Shown piece by piece: positions 1 to 24,700 of a stretch of DNA of 64,000 nucleotides; position 1 is the first letter of the stretch, and every line of letters begins with the position of its first letter. Position numbers and translations under genes: made by a program. The notes under the pieces are model-generated. The model searched no databases, was not told where the DNA came from, and saw nothing but the letters and a program-made list of their open reading frames with translations. The stretch comes from Tubiluchus corallicola (lineage: Eukaryota; Animalia; Priapulida): positions 681,087-745,086 of the forward strand of contig JAQGDQ010000064.1 in assembly GCA_030141605.1 (NCBI GenBank). Reading direction: 5' to 3'.

Positions 1-737
1 TTTGCCAAACAGTTTTCAAAATTAGGCAAGCTGTCTTCATTTTCATTAATACTTCCAGGAGATGGTGACAAAACTAGTAACTCATCACATTCATCATCTT
101 GTTCCAACTTTTCAACTGGAAAATTTGAACCCATTCCACTGTTTATTTGACTTGTTCCTTCATTCAAAGGGACTTCTTTAAAATCGTTCTTTTCATTTGA
201 AGAGCAGTTGGACTCACTGGCACCAACTTCTGCTGACGTTGAACTACTTAAAGATGAAGCACGACCTCTGGAATAAACGGAAGATGACTGATGTGGAAGC
301 ATACTTACATGTTTCTTAACACAAGGATGCAATGGAACCGATCCTTTTTTCTGCAGCTCATTCAATCTTGTCTGTGTGTAGTACTGAACCACAAGACATG
401 CTCGAAGTTTATCGATCATCGTTTTTGCCTCATGCAAACGTTTATCTGTTAAATTAATTTCTTGCTCTTTGCAATGCAACTCTTGCCCAAACTGATCACA
501 GATGATCCGTTTCACCTTTAACTGTGTTCTAGATTCGTCAATGCTCTTAGACAGGAAAGTGCGATCACAGCTATCTTTGGGAATATGGAGTTTGAGCTTT
601 TTACTGCACTGTTCAACGGTGCCGGATGCTTCTTCTAAACAGTGATGACAATCAAGTTCTGGCTTAATGGCTGCATTGCAAGTCTTAGTGTCACTCACAG
701 TGACAAAGTTGTTGATCTCATTTTTCTTCATTTCCAT
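1..737 (-). CDS. YEATS2: YEATS domain-containing protein 2 (ATAC complex subunit), N-terminal coding exon, partial (continues beyond window start)
   Basis: Hand translation from ATG at 737 is open to the window edge (245 codons): MEMKKNEINN...VKRIICDQFGQELHCKEQEINLTDKRLHEAKTMIDKLRACLVVQYY...LHPCVKKH. This matches the YEATS2 N-terminal coiled coil as I recall it from human (IETIIKEQFALEMKNKEHEIEVIDQRLIEARRMMDKLRACIVANYY...NHPAIKK). Splice acceptor ttttacag|G with exon start at 772. The YEATS domain itself lies outside the window. Confidence 0.85.
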   Translation of the reverse strand, partial: MEMKKNEINNFVTVSDTKTCNAAIKPELDCHHCLEEASGTVEQCSKKLKLHIPKDSCDRTFLSKSIDESRTQLKVKRIICDQFGQELHCKEQEINLTDKRLHEAKTMIDKLRACLVVQYYTQTRLNELQKKGSVPLHPCVKKHVSMLPHQSSSVYSRGRASSLSSSTSAEVGASESNCSSNEKNDFKEVPLNEGTSQINSGMGSNFPVEKLEQDDECDELLVLSPSPGSINENEDSLPNFENCLA

Positions 738-1353
738 GATTGCACTTTTAAAATTGTTAATTTCAGCAATTCCTGTAAAATAAGAAAGTGTTGTAAACAT
801 ATTTGGCTTTAAAACTGAGAAGCATGCTAATTCAACAAATTCAGATAAAAACATAATAATGACTGCGTAATCCAGGCTGGAAAACACATTCTGCCACATG
901 CTAACACCTATCAGCACTAATGTACAATACTTGTACTCCATGCAGATAAATTTTGTAATTAAAATGCACGAAATGTTGATGTTTTAAAGACATAATACAT
1001 TATATGGGGCGTTATCATGGTAGAAATAGTATGGCTGTCTGTCACTTAAAAAATGAATAACAATTCCGTTTGTGTAAATAACATAAACATATGCCGTAAC
1101 ACTACAGTCGTTAATTTTCTGATGACCATACCCGTGCCAGCAAAAATTTCCCAATTGGATATGAACCAAATTTACCACACAGATCCAGTCTCGAGTGAGA
1201 TTACAACAGTACTGTATAGATTTGTGCAGTAACTTTGTTTAGCTAGTACCCATACTTCATTTACTTTTAGAGGCAAATTACCTGAATCAGGGCAAATCAC
1301 TATCTGAGAAATTTAAGGAGTGTTACCGAAACTGAATTTACAAACTGAAACCG

Positions 1354-1463
1354 AAATGAAATAAGACCGAAACATTTATGCAAAACCAACTATTATTAGA
1401 AAAAAAGAAAATGAAATAAGACCGAAACATTTATGCAAAACCAACTATTATTAGAAAAAAAGA
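1354..1463. repeat. 55-bp tandem duplication inside a probable degenerate hAT-like MITE (~1315-2088)
   Basis: aaatgaaataagaccgaaacatttatgcaaaaccaactattattagaaaaaaaga occurs twice back to back. The surrounding region has repeated CCGAAA motifs and imperfect ends (aggagtgttacc ... gagtaacatccctg). Confidence 0.65.
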
Positions 1464-2259
1464 AAATTCTAAAATAAGTAAAATATTTTGTTTTTTGTTT
1501 GTCTGCTTTTATTTGCTGTGATGCAAAATTACTGATAAAAACACAAGGTTGTTTTATAGTATAGAACCTCAAGTTTGATGGAGTGGCTTACATTAGAAAA
1601 ATTAATGTGTTACAACGTTTTTAGATTTAAGTATCCTTACTGATTAACGTTTAAAGATCATAATGCATCATTAAAAATAAACCAATTTTATTTTGTTGGC
1701 TCTATTTCATAAATTATACAATTAAACACGATCTTTTGCTCAAATAAATTCAAACGTGGTTTGATATCTTGGCTGATTGGGCCTGGAGACCCTAAAACTT
1801 CACAGTGGTCAGCACTGAAGATACACCGCATTGCTGTGAAAAGTACGTCACAAACTGTTATGTAAACGAAATGTTCGCTTTATTTGAACTATTTTTGCCA
1901 AGATCTTTCAGTTTTTGACATCTACGAGAAAAGAAAAGGTAAACTGGATAAATACGAGTAAAACCTCTAAAAAATGCCACTGCAAATTATCTGAAAATCC
2001 GGCTACGAAACTTAATAAATTTTGCTGAAACTGAAAGCAAAATTGCAATTATCGGCAAACCGAAAATTTCGCTTGAGTAACATCCCTGGATCATAAATAA
2101 GGGTACTGGTAACTATTTTACTTGGCTCCAAGGTAACAGTTTGCTACAGGTATCAATTTTAATCTGCTTGTAGGGCAGGAAATGATCTGTTGAGGAGCTC
2201 TTGTAAGTCAGCTGCCCCTTATTCAAGATACAAATAACACAAGTTAGTTAATCAGGAAT

Positions 2260-4700
2260 GATGAATATCTATGAACTATGAATTTTATTTCTCACATCAA
2301 AAAATACAATATCAAACACATTAATGAACTTTAAATAAAATAATTTGAGTAGTGCGAGGTGAGTGCACGACCATGCGGTCATTAACACACTCACCTTACT
2401 TAAATAAAAAATGATTATAGTTACGCATGCTGCTGTAGATAACTTAATCTAAATAAGGATGAAGTAAATGATGTAATAATAGCAATGGTATAAGAGCAAT
2501 AAACCTGAAAGTTGAGAAAGGAAAACATAATATGTAATTAAATAGTTACGAGTATGAATTATGTGATTATCTTGTCAGATAATCTCTTCTCCCCCACTTA
2601 AATTTGGGTATATATATATATATATATAATATATACATACCCAAATTTAAGTGGGGGAGAAGAGATTAAATTATACATTATACCTGTAGTAATGACTATA
2701 ATTGTATAGAACATTTAAATATAATTGATGGTAGTAATGTAGCCTTCATAACCATAAAAATGGGCTATGGGGAAGGAGGGGGGCAAATTATAAGAATATA
2801 AGTGATTCATTAGCAAAATTAATGCTACAATAATACATTCAAAATTTTTTTGTATCACTGGCATTTGCTGGCTATAAGCTAAGAGCATTTTCCAAGTGGA
2901 AACAGATACAGATATAGGCTGCGATGAATGAATAATTTCATTTTAATTGATTTATACCTTTTATTAATAAAGTAACAAAAGTCGTAAAGATACCTATTAG
3001 TAAAAGAAAAACATTAGTGCAAAAAGACACACGTGCTCAAAAAAGAGAAAAAACCTCTGGCTTTCTACACGATTGAATATTTACTAATTAAAAATATCTT
3101 ATATTGTTTGGTAGCTATTTTTAAAGAAGGAGAGGAAATGATTGTCTTAGGCACACTATTCCACAAAATAACTCCATTGTGCTGTAAGGTATTTAAGCCA
3201 TACGCTGTGTTAAATCGTGTTTGAAAATAGTGTCCCATACTGGAAGACCTAGTATAGTGAGAGTGAACATCTTTGATTAAGATAAAGTAGTTAGTATATA
3301 ATTCAGGCAACTGCCAGTTATTATACTTATACATGAATTTAAATAATTCAAGATTATAAATATCTTCTATTTTCAATAAACTAAGGTGTATGTATGATGG
3401 TGTTGCATGTCTCTGTAATTGGCGAAAGCCATGTATTTAACTATTTTATTCTGAACTGTTTAATAGTGGTTGTAATAAGTGTTTTTTTGTTTGCCACCAA
3501 GACAACACACAGTATTGGAGGTACGGATAGACTAATGCATGGTAGATCATTTTCAAAATAGGCAAATTAATAAAATGTCTTAACTTTGCAAAAATACCAG
3601 CTGTTTTGTTTAATTTTGCTGCTGTAGAGGAAATGTGGGTAGACCACTTCATATTGTTGTCAATATGTAACCCAAGGTATTTTATACTACTACTTTGTGT
3701 TAGAGTTATGTTGCCAATTTTGAGTTCAAAAGTGGAAGAGTCTTGTTGTGAAAGGTTCCTACTGATTAACATATACTTAGTTTTAGTGTAATTAACTGAT
3801 AATTTATTTGCTTTCATCCAGTCATCAATCTTTTTTAGTTCGTTGTTAGTGCGATGTTGTAAAGTTGAATAGTTAGTAGATGTGAGGAAGAGACTTGTCA
3901 TCAGCGAAAAGACAAGTGTTAAAATCAGTAGCAAGAGTTAGGTCATTGATATAGATCATAAAAAAGCAGTGGCCCAAGAGTGGATCCTTGAGGTACACCA
4001 CAGTTTGTCTAGCAAATCAGAGCATGTATTGTTAATAGTGGTGAACTGTAGTCGGTTAGTTAAGTAAGATTTCAAGAGATCCAAGAGGAGGCCTCTGATT
4101 CCATAATAATGTAATTTATGTAGTAGAATATCATGTTGGACTGTGTTAAAAGCTTTAGAGAAATCTAAGAATATTGCACAAGTGAATAGTTTTTTGTCTA
4201 AATTTAGAAGCATATTTTCAACAAATTCAGAAGTAGCTAACGAAGCGGAGTAAATTTTGCGAAAACCAAATTGAAATTTTGTTAGTATATTACATGAGGT
4301 GAGAAAATTGTTAATGCGATTACAAATAATATTTTCAAAAATTTTGGAAACTGGTGACAGGTGAGAAATTGGACTGTAATTTGATAGGTTGTTTGGCAAA
4401 TCATTTTTATAAAGTGGTTTTACTTTAGCTACTTTTAGACATTTAGGAAAGGTTCCTTCAGAAACTGCCATATTAAATAATCGAGAAAGTACTGGGACAA
4501 TTAAATCAGTTGCTAGAATTTAACCGGGACATTTTCTGGGCCAGGCGATTTATTTTCGCTAAGTTTTTAAGAGACAACAATGTTTCAAATTCAGAGATAG
4601 GATAAAAGAAGACAGATTTATCATTTGGAGCATTTAATAATGATTGGTAGGTCTTCGAAGTAGATGGGATTTTATTGACCATATTACTACCTAATGTCAT
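2260..4700 (-). mobile_element. 5'-truncated, frameshifted CR1/L2-group LINE (RT region plus long 3' UTR)
   Basis: ORF fragments 4506-4700, 3956-4471, 3446-3934 and 3065-3376 carry LINE RT motifs: KVAKVKPLYK, NYSPIS, QFGFRK, FLDFSKAFNTV, LFADD (across a frameshift), KYLGLHID, HSHYTR. A 3' stem-loop sits at 2357-2396 and an AATAAA-type signal with a short-repeat tail at ~2260-2290. Confidence 0.9.
2580..2668. repeat. Perfect 32-bp inverted repeat with a (TA)n loop
   Basis: taatctcttctcccccacttaaatttgggtat (2580-2611) is the exact reverse complement of 2637-2668; the spacer is TA-rich. Confidence 0.95.
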
Positions 4701-7700
4701 TTGACTCAGTCAGTAATCTGCATGATTATTACCAGTATTTCTTCGAGGCTATGAAAAGTGAAGGTAAGCACGCAATGCAATACAATAGGCCGAATTATAA
4801 TGTATAAAAATTCACAAACTACGGAGAATCCGTGCGACTGCTAGGTACAGAAGAGAACATGTTTCACCTTTCTGTTCAATTTTGTACTTTTCCTTGTAAC
4901 GTCGTTTTTATCAAAGTTGTGTTAAATCTAAATTATCTAATTTGCAAAGTAAAATCTTGCAAGGCGACGAAACATGCGAAGTAACAATACGGGATATCTT
5001 AAAAGCATCTTTTTACGAAATCCATCTGTAGCGAAGATAAAAATTAAAATCCTTCATTTCTTGTATGCAGCTCCATTGAATCGTACAGAGACGCCCCCCA
5101 AAAAGTTCATGTTGCCAAGAAAATATTAAAAATTTCTGCCAAGTTTTTAAACATAATTTCTTTTTTTGATAATTAGGATTACAGTTCATTCATAAACTTC
5201 ATGTCTCTTCTATTGGGTGTTTTAAAAGCCCCTTTCTAACTTGATTTTCAATTTCATTTGCAGTTAACTTGTTAAAGGCTAAAATTATATTCAACAGTTG
5301 AGATGTCTTAGTTTCATGTTTTGTGCCATTTTCTTTTACTACCATGCTAACATGTACACATTGGTGATTGTGGGTAGTATTTGGATACCCTTATGCACCA
5401 GATAGAAACACCATCCTTGTCAGAAATCCGTGGAGATAGAATCGTAAAGGGCAAATTGGGTTCGACCAGGAAGACGTCAAAATGGGTGGTGTGAGGAGAC
5501 TGTCGAAACTGTCAATGAGGCCAAGTGGTCATGCACGTGCGCTTCACTACCGGAGCCAGATCAAGGCTGATCAGTGAATGACTCGTGATTGCTTGAGTTC
5601 AAAATTCACGTTGGTCAATTTCATCATTGGCAGAGGATGTACTGTGTATACATTCTGTTTAACTACTAATTATTCTTTTAGATTTGAAAAATGTTTTTAT
5701 CCTGCATTATTCTATATTAGCTCACAGAAAGCGTCATTATGCCTGGCTGTTTTTTAGTCTTCTCACTGTTTTATGAATATAATTATTTTCATTATTGCTA
5801 ACGTGATTCAGAGTTAATGTTAGTAAGTACAAAACATTTTTCGTAACCTTGAATACATTGTTGTGTTATGTGAAAATTTTTATAAAAACTAAGTGGAAAG
5901 AAAAGTAATTACAACAAAATTTTTCAATATTTTGCACAATGTTACGTGAATGCTCATGCACGTGGTTAATCAGTTTATTTGTATACTTTAGTCCTGGAAG
6001 CGCTCTCGAAATGCAAAGAACATTTTGCAAATGTACAACCTTCCCTGTCTTTGCAGAAAAATAACATTGACTTCGTGTAACTTTGGGTTCTAAGTGTCTT
6101 TACTGATATTTCAGTCTACTTTAATTATCAGGTTCTTGCCTTGTGATTATATGCATGTGCAACGTTACACACATACACATAAAAATAATGTGTTGCCTTT
6201 AAGCTCGTTCCAAGCGTTTTGTTTACATTGAATAAGCTCAACATGAAGTTTATTTGAACAAGATACGGAGGGTCGCCATCATCTTCAAAGCTGCTCCACC
6301 TCTACCAAACGCTGTTATAGATTGCAGGTAATCCATGATTGTTGTAATCTATGTTATGTGGAATGTAATGAGAAAGTGGTTTGCCAGACACCACCTCCAT
6401 TAGCAACAGTAAACCGTAAGTCAATAAATTTACTGTGAGTTTATTTGTTGTTGGCTTTAACATTGTATCTTTGTAAGCATGTGTAAGGAACAGATTCTAC
6501 GTAATTTCCCACTCACGATAACCTATTTAATATCAGCATAATAACGGCATAATAGTGCTTGTAGTAGTAATCGGCCTTTTTCTAATAATCATTGTTTCCT
6601 TATCAATGTAAAATATTAAGAATATATCTTTACACTCATAAATTATATCAGCTCTTATAATTGCAAATAATAGTTATACTACTTTCAATACAGAACTTGC
6701 TTGCGCGAAAAAAGCTTTAAACAGAAAGTTCAATCAGCAAAAGCCCATTAAAATTTCGTGAACTCTATAAGAATTTTTGCCACTTCAGTTAATCCTTTTC
6801 AAGGCTTTGGCCATCTTTGGTAAAGCGATCTAAGTAGTTGGGTAGCCGGGGAAGGTTAGACAGCGAGCAGTACAGATTAGTAGGCTAATAATAAATTTCT
6901 TATTTTGGGCCCTCATGTACATAATACTAGCATAAGATTACTTTTGAAAATTAGTGAAAGTTGGTTTAAAAATTAGCAACGCAAGTTATTAACATCTTAT
7001 AGTCTTCTTTCTAGAAGCAATTTTGGTTATAATAAGGTAACATTTTAAACGAGCTATTTTCTAATTGATTTAATCAGGTCTATCTAGTGACACAGTTACC
7101 TACCTTAAAGGTATGCCTACTTCTGTTAATTCAATAATAGTTTTAGTAGACCGCGACACCAGTACTTGTTAAAATAGCATGCTGTCATCTCTTAAGTTGA
7201 AACAGGATGTATTACGAGCCGGCGGGGCTTTAATGTTAGAAACAAGCGTAGTAGCTAAAACTGAATGTAGAAATTGCTAAAGCTGACAATATTGTATACA
7301 TGCAGTAAGGCATAGTTGCGGATCACGAAAGTACAACTTTGATCTGGTTTTAGAGGTGATATATGTTTTGTGATTGTTGTTAAACCGTAAACAACCGTTA
7401 AACGTTTGTAGCACTATAGAATTATAGCAAGTTTTATTCAAAATTATGTTGTGTGCAGTAACCACAATGCGTTCATAGAAACAAAATAATAAAAAATCTT
7501 CTGTATTTTGCTATAATATTTTTCTTCTATAATCTTCCGATTTACGTTATTTAGAAGTTGAAACCGGTCACAGCTGTAGCCCCACCCAAAAAATTTTGCT
7601 CTTTAAATCGAAAGATACACAGACGTCTACTGTTTGCATTCATTTTAATTTTAGATGTTGTACGAGCTTGTATCGTCAATTGCTGCCAAGTAAACAATGG

Positions 7701-8052
7701 GTGAAGGTGGTTTTGGGTGAGTTTATCTTTATATTGTATTTTAATCAATAAGAAAGTTAAGAATGAAAATGTGAAAGGTTTTTCGATAACAAATGCAATA
7801 ATTATTAATGACATGTTTGTTCTACGTGAGACGAATATTAGCTCTTGCACTTTACCTTTATACTGTATAAGAGAAATTTAAGGGTGGCGGAAGATGTTTA
7901 TTTGTTTTGAGTTCAGAACTTGTGTACATAGATGCAATAATTATAAATGAAATGACTGAACAATAAATGCAGTGCAACATGGCAGTGATGTTTGTTGCAC
8001 CGTGGGAAGAATATTGCTCTTGAAGTTGTGTGGGTGGGAGTACAGTACCAAT

Positions 8053-8064
8053 GAGAGAGCAAGC

Positions 8065-8132
<68 letters not shown>

Positions 8133-8179
8133 GGAGAGAGAGAGTGAGAGAGAGAGAGAGAGAGAGAGGGGGGAGAGAG
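8053..8179. repeat. (GA)n microsatellite
   Basis: Imperfect GA dinucleotide run read directly. Confidence 0.95.
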
Positions 8180-8611
8180 AATTTTCAAAATTAGTAAAAC
8201 GCAGGAATTATTCCTGAATTTTTATACCACAGTCGCTCAGTGTAATAAGCAATGACTGTAATAATCATAAGGCTGCCTTGGAACTTGTACGCTCCCAGGC
8301 TGATAATTTTTCACTATTTTGTTTCCTTATGATCTAACATGTCCTTCTCAAGATAGAAAAAACGTATCGTTAAGAACTTGATCATATCTACCATGCTAAA
8401 TTAATTACCATAAATAATTAAAATTATACAAAATCAAGTAAAAATTGTTGAATTGTGACTGTAATGACCCAGAATAAATCATTGAGCCGTACTTTGACTT
8501 GCAGACAAACATTAAGCTTTATTTTCGTATTTTGACACCAGCTTCTCTTTACTTATGTTCACTAAGTGTAAATTGTTTCTAGATTATTACATTCAACTAG
8601 GTAGTACTATT

Positions 8612-9591
8612 TGTTAGTTTAGGGAATGTTAGTTACCCCCCCCCCCCGGGTTGGGTTGAACGTGTAACTGTACGATTGTGCATTTAATCGGATTGAAGCC
8701 AAACGCATAGATTTCTGTACGTTCATGACGCTGATTTCACGGACACGGGATATGCAACTAGACTTTGGTTGGCTAAACTGCGTTTTTACGTTTTACCTGA
8801 TTGTCCATGAGCTGACGTTTGAAAAGCTAATGATCTGTTTGTGGTTGTGGAAGATGTCCACTCATTGGTTTACATGGTTTTGCTGATCTTACCATGCCGG
8901 GAAGATGTCGTTTCGGATCATGTGAGAGCACCGTCGTGCAATTGGATAGGTGCCCAGCTCGATAGTCCATCGCATGGGACGGAGAAGTCGTCACCGACCG
9001 GGTAGGAACTTTATGCCAATAAACCGGAAGGCAAAGGTACCTGTTTATTTACGTTTTCGTTAATTGGCGCCAGAGGGAGAACTTGTTTTGATGTGAATTT
9101 CCGAACGCATGTGTGCCTACAGCTCCGTTCACACGTCACCCTTTTGTTAGACTTACGTTGAAACAGTCAGGTACGCTTCCCTCAGACTTTTGCGTCGTTA
9201 CTGTGGTAGTCGTGAACCCGTTAGATGAAGTCTGAACCATACTTCAGTCGTTCTAAAGGACTATGACCACAAGCTACACTTGTCTGGAGAAGATATTATG
9301 CTAGCGTACGCATTTTGGGGTGGCTGGTAGAGTAAGTAGGAACCCTTTAAATAGTTAGGAACACTGTATGATTTTTGTATGTTTTGTCATTGCATTTATT
9401 TCATGCCATGCTGTTTAGTAGCGTTTTCAGACTTATTTTTACTTATTACTAATTTCCATTGTTTACAAAAAGCTCAACTATACAACTGTTTTTGTTTGTG
9501 TCTTTAAACTTAATATATTGTCATTTATTCGACTGGTTACAGTTTGGTTTTTGAGGTATGGAAAGCCTGTTTTTAATCCATCACAATAACA
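8612..9591 (+). mobile_element. Possible solo LTR or other GC-richer interspersed repeat
   Basis: About 1 kb block richer in GC/CpG than its flanks, bounded by TGTTA...TAACA, with AATAAA near 9018. No target-site duplication found. Confidence 0.3.
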
Positions 9592-9980
9592 AAAGAATCC
9601 CTGCTATTTAGGTAGAGCCCCCGTAGAGTCTGCCTACGCTCAGTTACTGCCTGTTTCCTTTAGTGGGCAGTCGGTTAGTACCCCTAGCTCGGCCAAGGAA
9701 CTGATCGAACTTAGCAGCGACTACCATTAATTGGCCCCTATGGTTTGCCCCTGTATGCACGGGCCATTACAGTGACCTACTCGAAAAATACCAGTAGAAT
9801 TCATCCATAAATGAACTCAGCTTCATTAGATACGTGCGATATAGACAAGGATCTGAAAGGCATAAACTAGGTAATAGATAGGTACTACCTGATTTTTTTT
9901 GTTTTGAACAATTCAGCGATAAGAAGCAATGAAGCAAAGTTGAACAATAAAGAGCAACAAAGAAGAATTTCAAAGGGCAC

Positions 9981-10200
9981 AACAAATTAAATTTTGAAAC
10001 CAAACATGAAAAACTGGAAATGTGAAGAGTCTAGACACAGCCTGGATTTGAATCAACAACATTTTACTTACAATTCAGATGTTAGACTAAGACGTCTGCC
10101 TTCTGCTTTGCAAGCAGGAAGTCCATGGTTCAAATCCAAGCTCTTTTCCAACTTGTTATAACTCTTGTTTTTCACGTTTGGTTTCAAAATTTAATGTGTT
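9981..10200. mobile_element. Palindromic element containing tRNA-derived (Ala-like) sequence
   Basis: 29-bp arms at 9986-10014 and 10167-10195 with one mismatch. The right half has ctgctttgcaagcag (TGC anticodon arm) and the B box ggttcaaatcc; the left half has a mirrored ggatttgaatc. Confidence 0.65.
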
Positions 10201-10295
10201 TTAGGTTTGTTTCATCAGCTATATTGATCTTGAAGTTAAGATCATAAATAATTAAAAATTTTAAAATGTTTTATCTTTCTTTTACTTTTCTTTAG

Positions 10296-21758
<11,463 letters not shown>

Positions 21759-24700
21759 AAAGTTGCAAAACCGACTGTTTAGAACAGTCTACAAGATACT
21801 GTTCGCATGAGTGATAATTTGAAAATAAGCTTGCCTTCTCACGAGTTGAGCAGTGTGCACCACGTGCAGCATAGCAGAACTTTAATAGTGAAAATTTACC
21901 AGCAAATTGAAAAGTATTTGAGAAACAGATTTTATAAATGTTTTCCGAAAATGCCGGTTATAACGCTACTATTGGCAACTGTATCGAGGATAATTTAATG
22001 GCCACCAGATGGAATGTGCCAGTCAGTCATTTGGAACATGCACAAGTAATAATCACAGCAATAGATTCATTGTTCACATAAACATTAATTATATTATTAT
22101 TTAATAATAGAATGTGGATTGGAGAATGCTATGTATATAGCCTGTAATTTAGTCCAACGTTCAAGAGAAAAAAGTTAAGCATGTATTTAAAATATTTTCG
22201 TGGTGCTGGAAGTGGGTGTACTTTTTAATGCATTCATCTGACAACAATTAAAAATGGTTTCACAACAATTAAATGAAACTTGGCTTGGCCGGTAATTCCA
22301 TTCTGAATGTCTTTACTGCCTTAATGCATTGCTGTGGCTGCTTTCATACACAGCACATTTTTAAGCACCTTTAGTGCTCTCTATTACAACTGGATAGTAT
22401 TTAGTCAGTCTCCTTTGGGTAAAACTTAACCAATCAATTTTTGAATAAATACTCAGAATATTCGGATGTGAATGTAATTATTAACTACGTTACATTATTA
22501 TACTCAGAACGCTTTCATTTAGTAAAGAAAAGCAGTCTATCGTAATATTGTGCAATCTACTAAAGCTAATAAATAATTTGTAAACAGACAGTAAATTTTC
22601 ATTTTAAAGACCAGCAATTTCAGCAGGTAATAATAAAGATAGATACAAAAAAATAAATTTAAATGTCGCTGGTTGTTTATATGAACAGAAAAATAAAAAG
22701 CAAACAAGAAACGGTATATGTAAGGAAGGCAGGTAACATTGGTTTAAGGATTTCGTTACTTTTTACAAACAACATAGACGTGCTTGTAGATTTATTTTTA
22801 ATGACAAAATTTTAATCACAATTTTTGTGCAATAAAAAAACATAAATGCAACTATTGTTAATATTATTCCTTTCAACAACAATACAGAAGGTGATGTGAA
22901 AATGCTAAATCATAATCACTACTGCATTACCAGATCCATTATTGAAAGCAAGCTCGTTGATGAAGCACATTTTAAACAACATTTGCATCATCAGCATTAG
23001 TGTCTCCATAGCATTTATCATCACCGTGTGAAAAACGATAAGAACGACAGTATCAGTAACAACAAAAGAAACAACGGAAAGAACAATAACCACACAGTTT
23101 ATGGATCAATTACGGATTTTTTTAAAACAATTCTGAATCCTGCAAAGTGAAATCTGCTATTTAACGTAATCTCTACTAAAACTGGATGGTGGTGGAAAAG
23201 ACAGGGCTCATTATTAAGGTTAAGACTGGAGAAGCCAGTGAAGGTCATCTTGGCTATATTTGGGTGCGTGTAATATATGTGCTTTATGCATATCTTTCCT
23301 CTGTGAGATAAATGGCCAGAATAAGCACGAAGAATGAACCAGCCTAAAGACAGAATCGAAGGGGTTCATTTAATCATTGTTATGTTATTCATTAATGTTA
23401 ATTGACATTGCTCTGTTGTGAAACTAAACATCAACCCGCCAATATTCATCCTTTAAGAGTTATAAATTAACAATCATAAACTAATGTCATAACAGCAACT
23501 ATCCAACATTATTATATAAAGTTACTAAAATATACAAAATTGTTATTTTAATGTAAACACTAAATTGTGCATAATATTACCCTTGTAAAAACAGAACACA
23601 TTCGAAATATTTTGTTTAGCAAACAGTTTTTTGAATCATTACTATGGCTGTCACATAATTGTTACAATAATTTTATAGACAGAGAATAATATAGTCAGAA
23701 CAGTTCACATGATCAGATATCATGGCACAACTCAGATAACCAAATAACCCAAAAAATTTAAAAGTACACAAGTGTATGCAAATATGGTGTAATTAAACAG
23801 ACAATTTCTACTTCCCATCAAAACTAATAATTTTCTTCAGTTCCAAAGTAGACAGTATAATGAGGTTTGACTAAAACAAATCTGGTACTGCTGATTTGGT
23901 ATGCATCATGATTTAGGCCAAATTTTACAGGCACGCCAAATGTTTAAAATTGCAAAAAATAATTGTTATAAAAACATGATATAAGCGTAGTCAAGCTAAT
24001 TATGAAAATCAAGTTACATTATTAAATAACCAGATATAATAGTCTGGTTACATTACAGCTGGCATACTAAGTATAATGTAATGTATACCATAATTAATTA
24101 TATAAATGAAAACATTTTTCAAAATAGCTGCTCTTATACATGTACTATGACGAGTCAATTGATATATATAATATATGTATACATACATACATACATATAT
24201 ATATATACTTTAGTTAGTTTAGTACATGACTAAATTATTATGGCTATAGTACATTATTATGACTAAGTTACATAAACGGATTATTCATTTATGTAATTTT
24301 TCCAAATTCCCTGATAAAAAAAATGTCTAAACTTTCACCATAAGACCAATTCTAATTTTCTGTGTATAATGTAGTCTATGGCACAGTAAATACTAAATGC
24401 GTTATTATGATATGAACACAGCTTTATAGTTAAACGATAAAAAATTGAAATACTACATAGTTGAACTTATAATTTTAAAACAGCAACAGTCTAAATTCTT
24501 AGCTATGTAAACTAAATAAATACCATTTAAGAAGTCTGATGACAGTGAAATATGAGGGAACACAGCCAGAAACTTAGTTTCCACTAGGATTCCATGAAAA
24601 ACAACATTAGGATTTAAATGAAGTAGTTATGAGCACTGCTGTGCAATTCAGTAGATCTAGCTAGGTGTATAAAGCAAATGTGTAAACTGCTATGCGCACG

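Noticed and set aside
5400-5640. GC-richer segment with an ATG as candidate first GGT exon
   Set aside because: No convincing GT donor in the required phase and no recognisable homology.
7913-8217. ORFs with poly-(SL) or poly-(ER) tracts (also 15640-16036 and 60692-60985)
   Set aside because: Translations of (GA)n microsatellites.
10091-10140. Functional tRNA-Ala gene
   Set aside because: Only the anticodon and T arms are recognisable; no acceptor stem or proper D arm.
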